A stretch of 64,000 bases of DNA from a virus. The notes under the pieces are model-generated. The model was not told the DNA's origin and ran no database searches. It saw only the letters and a program-made list of their open reading frames with translations. The position numbers and the translations under genes were made by a program. How positions within the stretch are numbered: the first letter of the stretch is position 1; each line of letters begins with the position of its first letter. Where the stretch lies: the IMG/VR virus record IMGVR_UViG_3300025840_000011; one strand, given 5' to 3'. Shown piece after piece: positions 18,514 to 27,567 of this stretch.

Positions 18514-18662
18514 TGGGTAAGGGATCCAAACCAAGACCTATCAAAGATCGGAAACAGTTCAATGATAACTGGGACCGCATATTCAAAGGACAGACGCAAC
18601 AACCCAAAGGCGTCGATCAAGAAAAACTCAAAGAACAGGCGCAAGATCCAAAAAACGGTTGA
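18513..18662 (+). CDS. Small hypothetical protein (49 aa, MGKGSKPRP...NWDRIF)
   Basis: GTG overlapping the gp47 stop, SD ggagg. Confidence 0.6.
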   Translation: MGKGSKPRPIKDRKQFNDNWDRIFKGQTQQPKGVDQEKLKEQAQDPKNG

Positions 18663-18687
18663 CAAGACCTGTTTGGGATAGTATAAT
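18659..18687 (+). promoter_or_regulatory. Perfect sigma70 promoter TTGACA-17-TATAAT (leaderless geometry for gp46)
   Basis: -10 ends 7 nt before ATG 18694. Confidence 0.85.
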
Positions 18688-18693
18688 TGACCT

Positions 18694-20418
18694 ATGATTA
18701 AATTCGAAAAGATCCGGTGGAAAAATTTCCTTTCCACTGGGAATAACTTTACGGAAATAGATTTCCAATCTACCCCTACCACTCTAGTGGTGGGTCACAA
18801 CGGCGCGGGTAAGTCAACACTACTCGACGCTCTCAGTTTTGGATTGTTCGGTAAACCACACCGTAAGATATCCAAGCCTCAACTTATCAATTCCATCAAC
18901 GGAAAGGGTACACTAGTTGAGGTCTTTTTCTCAGTCGGCTCTGTTAGGTATAAGGTACTCCGTGGTATCAAACCCAACAAGTTTGAGATATGGTGCAACG
19001 ATAACATGTTGAACCAGAGTTCTCACGCCAAGGAATACCAACAGATCCTTGAGACGAATATCCTTAAACTGAACCACAAGTCGTTCCACCAGATCGTTGT
19101 ACTGGGTTCGTCTTCGTTCGTACCGTTTATGCAACTTCCGGCAAACTCTCGTAGAGATGTAATCGAAGACCTACTTGACATCAACATGTTCTCCAAGATG
19201 AACACAATTCTGAAAGAGAAGATGTCTATACTCAAGGAAAACATCCGTGAGAATGGACACGCCATTGAGGTGGTCAAGACTAAGATCAACGCACAGAAGA
19301 AGTATCTGCGAGATTTGTCGGCGCTAAACACCGCACACCGTAAGGAGAAAGAAGAATCAATCTCAACCCTTCTTAAGGAGATTAGTGAACTCCAAGACTT
19401 TAACGATAAGAACATGCAAGATGCAATGGATCGTTCTATGTCAGTGGCTTCCAAATTGCAGAAGGTTCAGACATCACGTGAGAAGTTACTTGAGTATCAA
19501 TCAACGTTCAAGTCTCAGATCAAGTCCGTAGTGAAGGAGGCGAAGTTCTTTGAAGACAACTCTGTCTGTCCTACGTGTGATCAAGATATTGCGGATGATC
19601 TGCGTGAGACTAAAAAGAATGATGCGAACAAACGTGCAAAGGATCTCAGTGAGGCGATGGGTAAGTCTGACTCTCAGATGAAAGAGTTTGATGATCAACT
19701 CGTTGAACTGCAAAAGGAGTTGGAGTCTGCCCGTGTACTACAGAATGAGGTTAACAATAACAACCAGACCATCACCAGACTTAACCAACAGATAGAACGC
19801 ATCCGTGCAGAGATCGATAACTTGGGAGATAACACTGGTGACCTCAAGGATGCAAACGATGAACTCCAAACTCTGAACAAGGACTTAGAGTCAAAACAAG
19901 ATGAGAAGTATCGTATGCACGAGGACTACTCGTATCAACAGATCAACGCTGAACTTCTTAAGGATACGGGGATCAAAACCAAGATTATCAAACAGTACCT
20001 TCCGGTCATTAACCAACTGACCAACCAGTACTTACAAATCTTAGACTTCTTTGTTCACTTCGATCTGGACGAGAGTTTCAACGAGACTATCCGTTCGCGT
20101 TTTCGTGACAGTTTCTCTTATGACTCTTTCTCTGAGGGGGAGAAACAACGTATAGACTTGTCCCTACTATTTACGTGGAGACAAGTGGCGAAGATGAAAA
20201 ACAGTGTTGCGACTAACCTACTCATCCTTGACGAGACTTTCGATTCTTCTTTGGACGATGATGGTGTAGACAACCTAATGAAGATCATACACACTCTGGG
20301 TGAAGAGACCAACGTGTTTGTTATCTCACACAAGGCGGAACTGGAAGACGCTGCGTTTCAACGCAGGATTGAATTCGTCAAAGAGAAGAACTTCAGTAAG
20401 ATGAAAGAAGCCGCATGA
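18694..20418 (+). CDS. gp46: Recombination ATPase subunit (Rad50/SbcC-like)
   Basis: GHNGAGKST, CPTC zinc hook, FSEGEKQR, LILDE. Confidence 0.96.
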   Translation: MIKFEKIRWKNFLSTGNNFTEIDFQSTPTTLVVGHNGAGKSTLLDALSFGLFGKPHRKISKPQLINSINGKGTLVEVFFSVGSVRYKVLRGIKPNKFEIWCNDNMLNQSSHAKEYQQILETNILKLNHKSFHQIVVLGSSSFVPFMQLPANSRRDVIEDLLDINMFSKMNTILKEKMSILKENIRENGHAIEVVKTKINAQKKYLRDLSALNTAHRKEKEESISTLLKEISELQDFNDKNMQDAMDRSMSVASKLQKVQTSREKLLEYQSTFKSQIKSVVKEAKFFEDNSVCPTCDQDIADDLRETKKNDANKRAKDLSEAMGKSDSQMKEFDDQLVELQKELESARVLQNEVNNNNQTITRLNQQIERIRAEIDNLGDNTGDLKDANDELQTLNKDLESKQDEKYRMHEDYSYQQINAELLKDTGIKTKIIKQYLPVINQLTNQYLQILDFFVHFDLDESFNETIRSRFRDSFSYDSFSEGEKQRIDLSLLFTWRQVAKMKNSVATNLLILDETFDSSLDDDGVDNLMKIIHTLGEETNVFVISHKAELEDAAFQRRIEFVKEKNFSKMKEAA

Positions 20419-21017
20419 GTGTTAACATAATCGATGACTTCTATGATCCGGAAACTCTGAACGAGATTTCCAGTTACCTCAATGGGATCCTGTATTCAAA
20501 ACAGGATGAAGTCCATCTGTTCTCGTGTAACATGGTTTTATGGGATGATGGACTATACAGACACCAGAACGGTAGTGATCTTGAAGCGCCTCCTTTAGTA
20601 CTCATTCACTACCCCCAAGCACATGGTGAAAGAGGTAAAATAATCCATGACCTCATAAAAGAAAAGACTAATGAAAGGGTCAAAGAGTTTGGGTTGAGGT
20701 GTCAAGACGTAACAGGTCCAATGTTTCATATCTGGACCCCACAGTCTTACATCAACTGGCATAACGACTTTAGGCCTGGGGTTGAATCAGAACAGAGACA
20801 TGGGGCGGCAACAATTTATTTAAATCGTGAATGGGCCCTTGACAAAGGGGGTGAGTTTTTGTATAATGATGATGCAGCTGACTTGAATAACGTTAAACGT
20901 GTCACGCCCGCAGAAAATCGTGCAGTTGTATTGGACGGTTGGGCGAGACACAAAACAACTCCGGTTGCACCGGAAAACATTAGGAAGTCATTACAAATTT
21001 GGTTAACCAAAATCTAA
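20415..21017 (+). CDS. 2OG-Fe(II) oxygenase (prolyl-hydroxylase-like)
   Basis: INWHND, TIYLN..W...GGEF, H.TTPV...RKS. Confidence 0.85.
   Translation: MSVNIIDDFYDPETLNEISSYLNGILYSKQDEVHLFSCNMVLWDDGLYRHQNGSDLEAPPLVLIHYPQAHGERGKIIHDLIKEKTNERVKEFGLRCQDVTGPMFHIWTPQSYINWHNDFRPGVESEQRHGAATIYLNREWALDKGGEFLYNDDAADLNNVKRVTPAENRAVVLDGWARHKTTPVAPENIRKSLQIWLTKI
20839..20867 (+). promoter_or_regulatory. Intragenic perfect sigma70 promoter TTGACA-17-TATAAT, upstream of gp45
   Basis: Exact consensus inside the oxygenase CDS. Confidence 0.75.
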
Positions 21018-21029
21018 GCGGAGTATATA

Positions 21030-21707
21030 ATGGAACTAACTGATCGTACTATGCAAGTACTTAAAAATTATGCAAACATCAACCCGAACATTGTGATCAG
21101 TGCGGGTAAACAATTGAAGACTGTTTCTATTGCAAGGAACGTCTTCTCTAAGACTACCCTTGAGGAAGAGTTTCCCCAAGAGTTTGGTATCTACGATTTG
21201 AATGAGTTTCTTGGTGTTCTCTCTCTGGTAGAGAAACCCAACATCAAGTTCGAGAAGGATTACCTTGTCGTGGGCGATCACACTGGTCGTTCTCGTATCA
21301 AGTATTTTCTTTCCGATCCGGATCTATTGACTACTCCTTCCAAGGACATCATTATGCCCGAAGCGGAAGTTAAGTTTTCACTAGATAATGACACGTTGAA
21401 TCGAATCAAACGTGCTGCTGCGACATTGGGTCACAATGAGATTTCTATCACACCACAGAGTGGTTCAGTACAAATCTCTGTTGTTGATTCTAAGGACGCA
21501 ACCTCGAATGCGTTTTCGATTGACGTGGAAGGTTCGTATCAAGAAGGAGTTGATTTCAACTTTATTCTGAATGTGAACAACCTCAAGATTGTTAGTGAGG
21601 ACTATGATGTCAGTATCTCTTCGAAACTGATCTCACGGTTCGCATCAAAACAGTCAGAGATTGAGTACTATATTGCACTTGAAAAATCATCTAACTACGG
21701 AGCTTAA
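21030..21707 (+). CDS. gp45: Sliding clamp
   Basis: LKNYANIN, FGIYDLNEFL, Y.IALE C-terminus. Confidence 0.95.
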   Translation: MELTDRTMQVLKNYANINPNIVISAGKQLKTVSIARNVFSKTTLEEEFPQEFGIYDLNEFLGVLSLVEKPNIKFEKDYLVVGDHTGRSRIKYFLSDPDLLTTPSKDIIMPEAEVKFSLDNDTLNRIKRAAATLGHNEISITPQSGSVQISVVDSKDATSNAFSIDVEGSYQEGVDFNFILNVNNLKIVSEDYDVSISSKLISRFASKQSEIEYYIALEKSSNYGA

Positions 21708-21710
21708 AAG

Positions 21711-21935
21711 ATGGCAAAGACAGAGACCGCCGCACCGGCACAAGACCACTCTCAGGTCTATGAATTGAGTAATCGGGTCGCACGATCCACTATCGCAGTG
21801 ATTGATACTGTGGTTCAACGTGGGGGTTTTAAGGGTGAAGAACTCTCAACCATTGGTCAGTTGCGTGACCAAGCGGTTCAGGTTATTCAACTTGCAGAGG
21901 CGTTTCAGTCAGAAGAGACTGGTGAAACGAAGTAA
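21711..21935 (+). CDS. Conserved hypothetical protein
   Basis: 74 aa; IDTVVQRGGFKGEEL..IG.LRD. Confidence 0.7.
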   Translation: MAKTETAAPAQDHSQVYELSNRVARSTIAVIDTVVQRGGFKGEELSTIGQLRDQAVQVIQLAEAFQSEETGETK

Positions 21936-21941
21936 CCCTCT

Positions 21942-22018
21942 GGGATCGTAGCTCAACTGGATAGAGCGACGGCCTTCTAAGCCGTAGGTTAAAGGTTCGA
22001 GTCCTTTCGGTCCCGCCA
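21942..22018 (+). tRNA. tRNA-Arg (anticodon TCT)
   Basis: Acceptor GGGATCG/CGGTCCC, D-arm GCTC/GAGC, anticodon arm ACGGC-ctTCTaa-GCCGT, GGTTCGA T-loop, encoded CCA. Confidence 0.96.
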
Positions 22019-22031
22019 ATTTGAAAGGAAG

Positions 22032-22721
22032 ATGATGGACACGGTGATCTTTATTCCTGCAAGGCTGGGGAGTAAAAGACTCATCCATAAACCACTTACC
22101 AAATTGGGGGGTGTACCTCTGGTAAGACGTGTTGCGGAGGCTTGCGAAAAGTCTGGATATCCGGTTGTGGTATTGACAGACAGTAAAAGAGTCGCGGATT
22201 GTGTAAAGGGTTTTGAGGTTGTAATTGATAGTCAACACTATCATAACGGTACGGAAAGATGTGCCTCCGCTTCATACTTTCCTATGTTGGAACCCTACAA
22301 GTACATCATCAATGTCCAAGGAGACATGCCTGATGTTACCACTAACATGATTGAGACTCTGGCGCATGGTCTTCGTAACGATGAGTGGGATGTCTGTACT
22401 CTTTACACCAAGATGACAGAAGAGGAACAGTCGAACCGTAACAATGTGAAGATGGTACATAACCAAGAACTCGCACACTGGTTCGCTCGTGACATAACTT
22501 ACGGTGTACGTCACCTTGGTGTATATGGATACTCTCAACCAACCTTAAGAGAGTATGGAAACTGGGATGTTAGTCTGTATGAAGAAATTGAGAGTTTGGA
22601 ACAACTTCGATGGATTGAAAATGAAGTTGAGATTGGTGTATACGAAACTCAGTTTGATGGTATGGAGATTAACACAGTGGGTGACGTACATTCTTGGCAT
22701 ATGAGGAATAAGTTGGTATGA
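22032..22721 (+). CDS. kdsB: CMP-Kdo synthetase (3-deoxy-manno-octulosonate cytidylyltransferase)
   Basis: IPARLGSKRL..KPL, GTERC, INVQGD.P, HLGVYGY, ESLEQLRW. Confidence 0.92.
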   Translation: MMDTVIFIPARLGSKRLIHKPLTKLGGVPLVRRVAEACEKSGYPVVVLTDSKRVADCVKGFEVVIDSQHYHNGTERCASASYFPMLEPYKYIINVQGDMPDVTTNMIETLAHGLRNDEWDVCTLYTKMTEEEQSNRNNVKMVHNQELAHWFARDITYGVRHLGVYGYSQPTLREYGNWDVSLYEEIESLEQLRWIENEVEIGVYETQFDGMEINTVGDVHSWHMRNKLV

Positions 22722-23500
22722 GAATTATTGCAGGCCCATGCCAGTTCGAGTCGTTCGATATGGCACGTGAAGTTGCAGAACACTGCAAAGGTATCTGTGA
22801 CGAATATGGTATTGAGTACTACTTCAAGGCGTCCTTTGACAAAGCGAACCGTAGTAAAGGGACGAGTGCAAGGGGTGTAGGACTGAAACAATGTATGGAT
22901 CATTTCTGGAGATTGAAGGCAGAAATTCCTGAGTTGAAGACACTAACCGATGTACATGAGACTCATCAAGTCTATAACATCGCGTCAGAACATGATGAAT
23001 GTGTGGATGTCCTACAGATCCCTGCCCTCTTATCAAGACAGACGGATTTGATCAAAGCCGCATCTCTCAGTGGTAAGATCGTTAATATCAAGAAGGGTCA
23101 GTTCATGTCTCCCTATGATTGTCAAGATGTCTTGGACAAGGCGTCCGGTGCAAGGGAAGTTTGGTTGACAGAACGGGGAACTTCTTTTGGTTACAACAGA
23201 TTGGTGGTGGACTTCGTGGGTCTCAACTACATGATCAATAACTACCCCGATGTGGTGTTTGACGTGACTCACTCTATCCAAAACCCCGCAAAGGTGGAGA
23301 CTTCGGATAGGTCCGCCATCACCCCTCTCGCCTGCGCGGCCGCCGCAATGGGGGTCCAGAACTTCTTTTTTGAGGTACATCCGGACCCCGATAACGCAAA
23401 ATCTGATGGACCCAACTCTCTCCATCTATCTGATTTTAAACAACTTGTCTGTTCTCTTGAAAAAATTTCAAAAAAACGCTTGACTTTTCTTGCGGAGTAG
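22718..23500 (+). CDS. kdsA: Kdo-8-phosphate synthase
   Basis: IAGPC, KASFDKANRS, TDVHE, QIPA, NIKKGQF, ERGTSFGY, DVTHS, EVHPDP..A.SDG. Confidence 0.94.
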   Translation: MRIIAGPCQFESFDMAREVAEHCKGICDEYGIEYYFKASFDKANRSKGTSARGVGLKQCMDHFWRLKAEIPELKTLTDVHETHQVYNIASEHDECVDVLQIPALLSRQTDLIKAASLSGKIVNIKKGQFMSPYDCQDVLDKASGAREVWLTERGTSFGYNRLVVDFVGLNYMINNYPDVVFDVTHSIQNPAKVETSDRSAITPLACAAAAMGVQNFFFEVHPDPDNAKSDGPNSLHLSDFKQLVCSLEKISKKRLTFLAE

Positions 23501-23508
23501 GTTATAGT
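23480..23508 (+). promoter_or_regulatory. Early promoter TTGACT-17-TATAGT with A-tract UP element
   Basis: Shares an 18/19-nt core with the promoter at 52530. Confidence 0.75.
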
Positions 23509-23539
23509 GTATATGTAATTTGGTGAGAGAGGACTGGTT

Positions 23540-23707
23540 ATGAAACCGATGCACATGGTGAAGTCAATATCTGAGAAGGAGCTCGCGATGCTCCAACGGA
23601 TCTGGACTCAGAATGAGAAGAAGATCAACGAACTTCTTAATCATCAACAAGAGATCGATAAGTTGTTTGACAAGATCGATCAAGGTAAAGTGTTAATCGG
23701 AGGCTAA
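23540..23707 (+). CDS. Small hypothetical protein (55 aa)
   Basis: SD gagga, ATG 23540, helical sequence; not in the ORF track. Confidence 0.6.
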   Translation: MKPMHMVKSISEKELAMLQRIWTQNEKKINELLNHQQEIDKLFDKIDQGKVLIGG

Positions 23708-23709
23708 TT

Positions 23710-24201
23710 ATGAAACTTGTAATCTTCACCCAAATCAAAGAGAACTACGGCGCCCATGCATGGGACGGTAAGGGCGAATGCCCGCAGCGCTGGAAGTTCA
23801 AGGGTGGTAACACCATTATAGTCCGTGATATCACTGTAGATCAGGCGATGAAATTGAGAACGGGTATCCCTACTCTGACGGCTCTCATCGAAGAGAACAA
23901 TGAGTACTTCGAAGAGTACATCTTGGACTGGGATATCATGGACGATTGCGTGGGAGATCCAATCGAAGATTGGGATTCACCCATCGAATACTCGTGGGGT
24001 GGTGACCGTTGGTTGGCCCAGCGGGTAGTTGATAACACCAAAGACGGTGGTTACTATCGTTATGAGATTGCGTCCGCAAAAGAGACGTGGATCCCAATGG
24101 AAGGTGGCGAAAAGTCCGACTTCAAGGTCGAGTACACCATGCGTAATGGTGATGTTCTAAACTACGAGGAGTTGCAACAGTTTTTTAGTGAGGCATCGTG
24201 A
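23710..24201 (+). CDS. Hypothetical protein
   Basis: 163-aa ORF, SD ggagg; ENYGAH.WDG.GECPQ.WKFKGG. Confidence 0.75.
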   Translation: MKLVIFTQIKENYGAHAWDGKGECPQRWKFKGGNTIIVRDITVDQAMKLRTGIPTLTALIEENNEYFEEYILDWDIMDDCVGDPIEDWDSPIEYSWGGDRWLAQRVVDNTKDGGYYRYEIASAKETWIPMEGGEKSDFKVEYTMRNGDVLNYEELQQFFSEAS

Positions 24202-24212
24202 AGGTTTGAAGT

Positions 24213-24836
24213 ATGCGAACTGGTTATCAAGTAGCTACCGTGGGTGCACTATTTGCATCTATACTGAGTTTTGAATATTATTTAATAGATTCGGTTTCGA
24301 CTAGACTGGATAGTCTGGAAGAAGTCATCTCCACTAATGCGGCTTCCGCATCCTCACTCTCTCTCGAAACGGAGGCGATTGGTGGAGATGACATTTATTC
24401 TGAACGAGACCTTGAGTGTCTCGCACTCAACGCTTACTTTGAGTCGTTGAATGAACCCACCGCTGGTAAGATTGGAGTGACACACGTTGTCTTAAATCGT
24501 GTAGAGAGTGCACGGTTCCCCAACACAGTTTGTGGTGTGATCTATCAAGGTCAGACATATACGACACCGGACGGGAGACGTATGCCTCTCCGCAACAGGT
24601 GTCAATTCAGTTGGTATTGTGACGGTAGATCCGACATACCAAGGGCATGGAAAAGGTACACTGAAATATACCAACTTGTCGCAAAGGTCGCAACAGATCG
24701 TGCACAAGGTGTTGGTAACGACATCACGAAGGGTAGTTTATTCTACCATGCTGATTACGTTGATCCCCACTGGAACAGACGTATGAACCGTGAGGTCCAA
24801 TTGGGTAGACATATATTCTACACAATGGACAGTTAA
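24213..24836 (+). CDS. Cell wall hydrolase (SleB/CwlJ, Hydrolase_2 family)
   Basis: CLALNAYFE, V..VVLNRV....FP.TVCGV.YQ, CQFSWYCDG, FYHADYV.P.W, GRHIFY. Confidence 0.9.
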   Translation: MRTGYQVATVGALFASILSFEYYLIDSVSTRLDSLEEVISTNAASASSLSLETEAIGGDDIYSERDLECLALNAYFESLNEPTAGKIGVTHVVLNRVESARFPNTVCGVIYQGQTYTTPDGRRMPLRNRCQFSWYCDGRSDIPRAWKRYTEIYQLVAKVATDRAQGVGNDITKGSLFYHADYVDPHWNRRMNREVQLGRHIFYTMDS

Positions 24837-24875
24837 CCCAAGACTATATACACACACAAACTAAGGAGGTTTGAT

Positions 24876-25139
24876 ATGGAACTAAATGCTCTCGGCATTA
24901 TCGCAATCGTGTTTGTTGCAGTCGTATTTGTCCTTGTTACGAAAGCCGCAAATAATGCGGAAGATCGACTTGAAGAGGTAGATGGTGAACCAGCTTTTGA
25001 TTTACCACCTAAACCCTTAGAAGATATGACGAAGGCCGAACTTCTGGAGGTTGCAGATGAATGCAACATCGCAGGAGTCAGATCCCGAATGCGAAAAGCA
25101 GAAGTATTCGAACTCGTTCGCAAAAATTTTGGTGTTTAA
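24876..25139 (+). CDS. Small membrane-anchored protein with Rho-N/HEH-like motif
   Basis: N-terminal TM segment; LEDMTKAELLEVA....I.G.....KAE. Confidence 0.65.
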   Translation: MELNALGIIAIVFVAVVFVLVTKAANNAEDRLEEVDGEPAFDLPPKPLEDMTKAELLEVADECNIAGVRSRMRKAEVFELVRKNFGV

Positions 25140-25140
25140 G

Positions 25141-25167
25141 AAAGGGGGCGAATGCCCCCTTCTTTTT
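25141..25167 (+). terminator. Rho-independent terminator
   Basis: AAGGGGGC-gaat-GCCCCCTT followed by a T-tract. Confidence 0.8.
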
Positions 25168-25168
25168 C

Positions 25169-25197
25169 TTGACAGATTGTACCGTATGGTGTACAAT
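25169..25197 (+). promoter_or_regulatory. Sigma70 promoter TTGACA-17-TACAAT for gp44
   Basis: Near consensus. Confidence 0.8.
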
Positions 25198-25223
25198 GTG
25201 ATTTTTATTATGGAGAAACCTAT

Positions 25224-26162
25224 ATGCGTGATGAATTCCTCTGGGTTGAGAAGTATCGTCCTCGAACTGTCTCTGACACGATCCTTCCGTCTGAACTCAA
25301 ACAAGTATTTACCAAGGTAGTTGCGGGCGGTGAAATTCCTAACATGTTGTTCTCTGGCACTGCTGGTACTGGTAAGACCACTGTCGCACGTGCAATATGT
25401 GATGAACTTGGACTCGATTACATCGTCATCAATGGTAGCGAGGAGGGGAACATCGATACCCTTCGTGGGAAGATTAAACAGTTTGCATCTTCCATATCTC
25501 TGAGTGGTGGGTACAAGGTTGTCATTCTAGACGAGGCAGATTACCTCAATCCTCAATCAACACAACCCGCACTCCGTGGGTTCATCGAAGAGTTCTCTTC
25601 TAACTGTCGGTTCATCCTGACCTGTAACTTCAAGAACCGTGTCATCGAACCCCTACACTCTCGTTGTTCTAATTACGAGTTTAACTTCAACAAGAAGGTT
25701 CAGGCGCAACTCTGTTCGGAGTTCATGAGACGTGCGGATGATATCCTCAAGACTGAGGGTGTCGCCTATAACAAGGATACTCTCGCACAAGTTATCATGC
25801 GTCACTCTCCAGACTGGAGACGTGTACTCAATGAGTTGCAACGTCACTCTATCTCTGGTCAACTGGAAACTACAGTTATCATTAATGACGCAAATGAGAA
25901 CTACAGTCTCTTGTTCCGTTCCCTCAAAGAGAAGAACTTCAAGACCATGCGGTCATGGGTGGTCAACAACATGGACGTAGAACCCGCCGCAGTGTTTCGT
26001 GGGATCTATGACTTGATGAACGAATATGTTGCACCACAGTCTATTCCACAACTCGTATTGATCCTCGCTGATTATCAATACAAGAATGCGTTCGTGGCAG
26101 ATCATGAACTTAACCTAGTCGCCTGTATGACTGAGATCATGGCAAACGTGGAGATTAAATGA
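25224..26162 (+). CDS. gp44: Clamp loader ATPase subunit
   Basis: LWVEKYRP, GTAGTGKTT, ILDEAD, PLHSRC. Confidence 0.96.
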   Translation: MRDEFLWVEKYRPRTVSDTILPSELKQVFTKVVAGGEIPNMLFSGTAGTGKTTVARAICDELGLDYIVINGSEEGNIDTLRGKIKQFASSISLSGGYKVVILDEADYLNPQSTQPALRGFIEEFSSNCRFILTCNFKNRVIEPLHSRCSNYEFNFNKKVQAQLCSEFMRRADDILKTEGVAYNKDTLAQVIMRHSPDWRRVLNELQRHSISGQLETTVIINDANENYSLLFRSLKEKNFKTMRSWVVNNMDVEPAAVFRGIYDLMNEYVAPQSIPQLVLILADYQYKNAFVADHELNLVACMTEIMANVEIK

Positions 26163-26419
26163 TGAGTAAAGATCGATTTGATTTAGAACAATCTATCATG
26201 GAATGTTGGAATGTCACCGAAGATATTAATATGGTGACCGAACATTTTATGGACAGTCCTAAGTGGGAACATATACCACCTGATGTTGCGGATGCTATGT
26301 GTAACAAGTATCTTGGTATCAAGGAACTTTATGAGATTCGTTTTCAAAGGTTGTGGGATACCTTTACAGAATGTTTCGATCTAGATAGGAATTCTAGAGG
26401 AGAGAATCTACGTGAGTAA
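26159..26419 (+). CDS. Hypothetical protein
   Basis: 86-aa ORF overlapping both neighbours; DRFDLEQ.IM.CW. Confidence 0.65.
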   Translation: MMSKDRFDLEQSIMECWNVTEDINMVTEHFMDSPKWEHIPPDVADAMCNKYLGIKELYEIRFQRLWDTFTECFDLDRNSRGENLRE

Positions 26420-26834
26420 GTTTGATAGAAATTTGCACTGGACAACGGAGTGGAGTGAGAAAGTCTTATTGGGTATTATAGGTACACTCACCTTTGGCGC
26501 TGCAATACAATACCTGTATGGTATGTACATGAACCTGTCAATTGAACTGTCAGATCTGTTCATGTTGTTTATCTACGCAGAGGTTCTAGGTATGGTTGGT
26601 GCGTTCTATAGTACTACACGTATTCCCGTAACCCTACCTATCATTATTGCGATTACCGCACTGTGTCGATTAATCATCCTACATAGTAAGGAGATGCAGG
26701 AGATGCAACTACTCGCTGAGGGTGGGGCGATTCTAATTCTATCTGCTGCGGCATACTTGATGTCACTAAAGGACAAACTCAGTTTAGAAAAGATGAGGAT
26801 TCGTGATGGACAAGATGAAGAGAATTTGGTTTAA
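26412..26834 (+). CDS. PsiE-family (phosphate-starvation-inducible) membrane protein
   Basis: Four TM segments; DL..LFIY.E...MV..F....RIPV.LPI.IAITAL.RLII. Confidence 0.8.
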   Translation: MSKFDRNLHWTTEWSEKVLLGIIGTLTFGAAIQYLYGMYMNLSIELSDLFMLFIYAEVLGMVGAFYSTTRIPVTLPIIIAITALCRLIILHSKEMQEMQLLAEGGAILILSAAAYLMSLKDKLSLEKMRIRDGQDEENLV

Positions 26835-26964
26835 GGCTCTTGGAGAAAAGTCTGGGAGTACAGACGAAGAATCGGATGCAGTCGCTTGGGTGAGAACCAT
26901 CCTAATACTGCAAGCCGTTGCGACTAACTGTTTCATTATAAGTGGAGTGTTAAGACATTGGTAG
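26806..26964 (+). CDS. Small membrane protein (52 aa)
   Basis: RIWFKALGEKSG...ESDAVAWVRT...RHW; SD gagga. Confidence 0.6.
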   Translation: MDKMKRIWFKALGEKSGSTDEESDAVAWVRTILILQAVATNCFIISGVLRHW

Positions 26965-27386
26965 AAGATAAGAAAGGGTTTAGTCCCCAAGAAGACGTTG
27001 ATGTCTTCATGATGGCGGCAGAACAACCCATGCGGTATGAGTTACCCCAAAACCCTGAGATGATGTTCGAAGAGGATCAGTCTAGACTCTACATGGATCT
27101 GGTTGAAGAAGAGTTCAATGAAATCAAAGAAGCGTTTGCGAATCAAGACATCGTTGAGGTTGCGGATGGTATCGCAGATACGGTGTGGGTATTGATGGGT
27201 TTATCCAGTACTCTGGGTATAGATTTCTATAAAGTGTGGGAGGCGGTATTCCAATCCAACATGAGTAAAGTGGTCGAAGGTAAGTTGATTAAAAATCCCG
27301 AAACTGGTAAAGTCATGAAACCGGATAGTTACTTCCCCCCGAAGATAAGGGAGGCGTTGGGTCTTGAAGAAGAGACACCTGACTAA
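26958..27386 (+). CDS. MazG-like all-alpha NTP pyrophosphohydrolase
   Basis: L..EE..E...EVAD..AD, V..SNMSK, GKV.KP..Y.PP. Confidence 0.85.
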   Translation: MVEDKKGFSPQEDVDVFMMAAEQPMRYELPQNPEMMFEEDQSRLYMDLVEEEFNEIKEAFANQDIVEVADGIADTVWVLMGLSSTLGIDFYKVWEAVFQSNMSKVVEGKLIKNPETGKVMKPDSYFPPKIREALGLEEETPD

Positions 27387-27567
27387 GGCAGTAACTTGGA
27401 GGATAATCGCTAGTACTACAACCGCATTGATTGCATGGATGTTCGGTCTACCCCCGTCCGCAATCGGAGCGGTATTCTTTGTAGACCTAGTATTAAAATT
27501 CGGATTGTACTACGGACACGAACGTGTTTGGTATAAGTACATAAGATATGGAGTGGAAGAAAAATGA
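27364..27567 (+). CDS. DUF2061-like small membrane protein
   Basis: KA.TWRI.A, LYY.HERVW. Confidence 0.75.
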   Translation: MKKRHLTKAVTWRIIASTTTALIAWMFGLPPSAIGAVFFVDLVLKFGLYYGHERVWYKYIRYGVEEK

